Shown here one piece after another: positions 60,286-64,000 of a stretch of DNA of 64,000 nt (the stretch's first letter is position 1; each line of letters begins with the position of its first letter). The notes under the pieces are model-generated. The model worked only from the letters and a program-made list of their open reading frames with translations. It made no database searches and was not told the DNA's origin. A program made the position numbers and the translations under genes. The DNA is from Zygnema circumcarinatum SAG 698-1b (Eukaryota > Plantae > Zygnematophyceae): contig CM074813.1 in NCBI GenBank assembly GCA_037447605.1, positions 2,666,001 to 2,730,000 of the forward strand. The letters run 5' to 3'.

Positions 60286-60576
60286 GACCTTGCCCCGAAG
60301 CTGTACCGAACCGAATCCGTTCTTTCGAACCGAAACCGTCCACCCTCAACCGACCCAACTGTAACGGGCCAAAGTCAATGCAACCGAAATAGACAGGGCC
60401 CAAAGCCGGATCCACTTGATCCACTGTCCAATGGCGCTCAAGATCAACTTCTCCTGGAGCAACAAAATCAAGATCAGCAGATACTGTGCCCTGGATCAAC
60501 GGTGGACCCCACTCTGTCACGAGTGGACTCAGCGGCGATCGCGATTCGGCCCATCCCTTATCGCTCCGCCGCGCGG

Positions 60577-60630
60577 CCAATCACAGGCGCCGTATTATCT
60601 CCTTTGGGGGCTCTGCGGCCGCCACGTGGC
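60577..60630 (+). promoter_or_regulatory. PsbQ promoter: CCAAT box and G-box
   Basis: CCAAT at 60577 and GCCACGTGGC at 60621-60630, upstream of a CT-rich leader and a predicted 5'UTR intron 60775-61410 (GTGAGT...TGCAG). Confidence 0.5.
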
Positions 60631-61418
60631 ACCCCACTGCGCAGCCATAGCCCCCGCCTCTCCTACCACGGCTCTGCTCTCACTCCCTCTCTCCCTCACT
60701 CTCTCACGCACACACTATCTCACTCTCTCTCGGTAGTGTGGGCGTCTGCTCCATTGAAGGGAAGCTTGAAGGAGGTGAGTCACAGCATCAGGGATTTGGA
60801 GGCGGCGTTGGGAACTGCTGAAGCATTATCCAATATGTCGATGAGTTTATAGTTCAGGAAGTGCTGGGTGTGGTTCTGAGGCTGAAGGGTTGAGCTTAGA
60901 ATTAGGGTGGAGGTGAGAGTGGAGGTGGGATGTGCAGGAGAGCTGGAGTCTGGCAGGGCCGCAATGGCTGTAGGTCTGTAGTGATTTTTTGTTCAGGTTC
61001 GGTTGCAGGCGCTGTTTGGGTAACTAAGAATGTCTATGTCTATGTCTTTTAATAGGTTACGGAACCCGTTGTTTGACTTGTGGAGTGTCTTTGGAAATTG
61101 GAGAACAGAGAGAAGGACTCGAGGTTATAATGCTTAAAATGCAGCGATGCAATACCTGTCTAGATACCTGTTGTACAATCCTAGGACAGACCGAATATGG
61201 CGATTACAGATGTAGTACCTGACAGTCATTTCTCTTCGGGAGGGAGAGCGAGAGGGAGGGAGAGGGCGCGAGAGAGAGGGAATGAGAGGTTTCTGCCTAC
61301 GCCTCTCATGTCAACAGACCACCTCTTTCTGCAACCTTCCATATAACCTTCCATATGGACGTCTGAATAAGCCTTTTACTGAGTTCCCTCCAAGCGTATG
61401 TGTTCTGCAGTAACAACC

Positions 61419-62373
61419 ATGGCTGCGACTATGGCTGCTGCATGCATCGCTCCCGCGAGCCTCGGCTCCAAGGCCGAGATCGTCCCCGGCCTGAAGGCCT
61501 CCAGCGTCTCCTGCAAGGCTTCCAGAGTCGCCGTTGTGAGGGCGCAGCAGGAGGAGGCTGCCCCCGCAGTGCAGAGCAGGAGGGCCATGCTCAGCCTCTT
61601 CGCTGCCTCTGTGGCGGCGGGAGCCATGGTCTCCCAGGCTCAAGCCGACCCCCTCGGAATCAAGTTGGAAGGCCCTCCTCCCCCCATTGGTGGCCTGCGT
61701 AAGTTCGACCTCTCTCTCTCTCTCTGTGTCTCTCTCATAGCACTTCAGGATTCTAGGTTGGATTTGTTTAGGGTCTGAGAATAAATGCTGCTTACATGTT
61801 GTTTTATGCTTGGTGTTGCGGCTGATTTGTTTTGCACTGTGATTTGTTGCAGCCGGAACCGACAGCTCTGACCAGGCTCGCGACACAGACGCTCCCTTGA
61901 AGGAGCGTTTCTACATTCAGCCATTGACTCCCACGGAAGCCATTGAGCGTGCCAAGGAGTCCGCCGCCCAGATCATCGCTGTGAAGGGTTTGATAGAGAA
62001 GAAGGCGTGGCCGTATGTCCAGAACGACCTGAGGAGCAAGGCCGGCTACTTGCGGTATGACCTTACCACAGTCATCAACGCGAAGCCAAAGGACGAGAAG
62101 AAGGAGCTCACCGCCCTTGCTAACAAGTTGTACGACAGCATTGCCGATGTAAGTGTTCTTTGTAAACTGTCTTTCTTTCTGTTTTTTCGGGCAGTGGTGA
62201 TTCAAGAAATGGGGGTGAGTCGGCTCTTTTTAATGTGAATGCTATGGTGTGGGCTGGTCTATTGGACTGTGCAGTTGGATTATGCTGCCCGAGTGAAGAG
62301 TCTCGAGAAGGCCACCAAGTCGTACGATGAGACCGTGAAGCTCCTCAACGACGTGCTCAGCAAGGCCGCTTAA
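61419..62373 (+). CDS. PSBQ: Photosystem II oxygen-evolving enhancer protein 3 (16 kDa), nuclear-encoded
   Basis: Exons 61419-61698, 61853-62148, 62275-62373. Transit peptide; twin-Arg lumen signal [14 protein letters not shown]; [21 protein letters not shown]; KERFYIQPL; [24 protein letters not shown]; LDYAARVKS. Confidence 0.98.
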
Positions 62374-63032
62374 GTTGCCTGTTTTAGATTGTTCACTTTT
62401 ATTGAATGAATGCCGCAGTGAAGGTAGATATGTACCCCAGTTTTCCCGCCGCCTTGCGGAAGGTTGTAGGTGAAGTCTGATATTAGGTCTCGGGTCTTGC
62501 ACCGGCAGCAGCCGCCTGCATGCTCTGTTTATAGGATGTTAAGGGCGGGAGGTCCTCAGCGCCGGACTGGTCGCTGGCGCTTGTTGGAATGAAGCATCCC
62601 TGCAATGGATACTTCGGAGTTTGTCGACCACTCGGGAGAAGGCTCGCATCGCTTTTGTGTGTTGTTGCCTGTATTTGCTTTCTTTGGTGCGTGGTTCTTT
62701 AATTTTTTAAGGGATTCCGCATATCCGCATGCAACATATGAGCCCATTGAAGCCCATGATTTGAGTTCTTGAAGACTGCAGCAGTCCTGTAGGAGCTACC
62801 ACCTTCAGATAACAGCTATATGATTTTAACATTGGCAATACTTTGGAAAGTATATAACCACTCCCCTTTTTTCTACTCAAAGAAGTAGATTATGGTCCTA
62901 TTTAAGTCCCTCATGAATATGGTCTGTCGCCCAACTTTCGAGTTCATAACGTCTGTTCTCCGAGCAGTGCAATGTGCGCGTCACATGCGGCGAGATGGTC
63001 GTCAAACTCAACTCCGCCGCCGAACCTCTCAC

Positions 63033-64000
63033 AAGATTTCACGAGCTTGCAAACGAGCTCCTCCTTTCAGGCTTCCACCTTCCCCTCTGGCTGCTCCATG
63101 TAGATTTCCTCTGCAAGGTCTCCATACAAGAACGCCGTTTTGATGTCCAGTTGATGGACCATCATCTCCGCTGAAGCAGCAATTGATATTAGTGCTCTCA
63201 AAGAATTAAATTTCACAACAGGGGTGAAAGTTTCAGAGTAGTCAATGCCCTCCTTTTGACTGTAGCCCTTTGCTACCAGCCGTGCTTTGTAACGGTCCAC
63301 GCTCCCATCGGACTTCCTCTTGATCTTGAAGATCCACTTACATCCTATCGCCTTCCTCCCCTTGGGCAGCTCTTCCAACTCTAAGTGCGGTTCTCAAGAA
63401 GACTATTCCACTCACTATCTATGGCCGCCTTCCAAAGGTCTGAATCCGCCCCTTCCAGCGCTTCTGGATAGGATTGAGGTTCAGACACACGTGCCATGTA
63501 GCAGTAGGCAATGCCGGCAAGGTCCGCAGAGTCCGAGGGTACACGATCCTGGGCATGCTTCCGCTGCGCCAAGCTGCGCGCAGGTCTACCAAANNNNNNN
63601 NNNCCACATCTTCCTTGAGCAATCATCAAGGAAGGTAATGAAGTATTGTCCCCCACCTATGCTGGTCGGAGTCACAGGGCCACACAAATCGGTGTGCACC
63701 AAGGCCAGCAGCTCCTTGGCGTGCTCCACGACAGCTCCACTCCTCACGAATGGCTGCCTATGAATCTTCCATGCCATGCACGCATCACACACATGTTGTG
63801 CATCCACCTTCTCTGAATCAAGGGTAAGTCCTCTAACCATCCCCTTAGCAAGGTCCTTCAGGCTGCGAAAGCCCAAGTGTCCAAGTCTTTTGTGCCACCG
63901 GTCCAACTCCAAGGGGGACAGTTTGCACACCCTCTCTTCAGGCGTCCACTTCAGAAAATAAAGACCATCTCTTTCGTACCCCTCGAAGAGAGTCTTTCCT
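63033..64000 (-). mobile_element. Ty1/copia LTR retrotransposon pol fragment (GAG-pre-integrase, integrase core, RT start), decayed
   Basis: WHKRLGHLG..C..C; LVHTDLCGP..GGGQYFITFLDDCSRKMW; EPQSYPEAL..W..AI..E..SL.EN.T; LPKGRKAIGCKWIFKIK..YKARLVAKGYSQKEGIDYSETF.PV; HQLDIKTAFLYGDLAEEIYMEQPEG. Integrase precedes RT (copia order). A frameshift and an in-frame stop are present; an N-gap lies at 63594-63603. Confidence 0.95.

Noticed and set aside
1-64000. Dozens of ORF-track entries rich in LSLS, SLPP, ERER or GEGG
   Set aside because: They are translations of intronic (CT)n/(GA)n and G/C-run tracts and lie inside introns defined by conserved flanking exons.

Overview
Intron-rich eukaryotic nuclear DNA, most likely from a streptophyte green alga. 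This is inferred from land-plant-type PsbQ, DYRKP, SKIP31 and GME, TTTAGGG-type repeats, and a HAP2 whose fusion loops look algal. I spliced the genes by hand from GT/GC-AG boundaries and reading-frame continuity. In order: HAP2/GCS1 gamete fusogen (-, runs off the left edge), orphan intronless 225-aa ORF (+), SKIP31-like F-box protein (-), DYRKP kinase (+), RPSA/uS2 (+), tail-anchored ankyrin protein (+), CTDNEP1/SCP-like HAD phosphatase (-), SRP72 (+), orphan single-TM protein (+), GME (+), PsbQ (+), and a decayed Ty1/copia fragment (-). Notable non-genic structure: (1) three ~340-450 bp arms in alternating orientation at 57.9-60.1 kb, one carrying a 285-bp MITE with 14-bp TIRs and an 8-bp TSD; (2) CCAAT-dense arrays upstream of DYRKP and PsbQ; (3) a 3.5-kb telomere-variant G-run array filling one intron; (4) a ~1.7-kb microhomology-joined tandem duplication of the RPSA tail; (5) introns whose simple repeats begin at the splice donor, one of them G-strand then C-strand telomere-like; (6) large exon-to-exon swings in GC3. 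Most entries in the supplied ORF track are microsatellite artefacts. Family assignments rest on remembered sequence motifs; no database search was run. There are four 10-N assembly gaps (12559, 22224, 32623, 63594).
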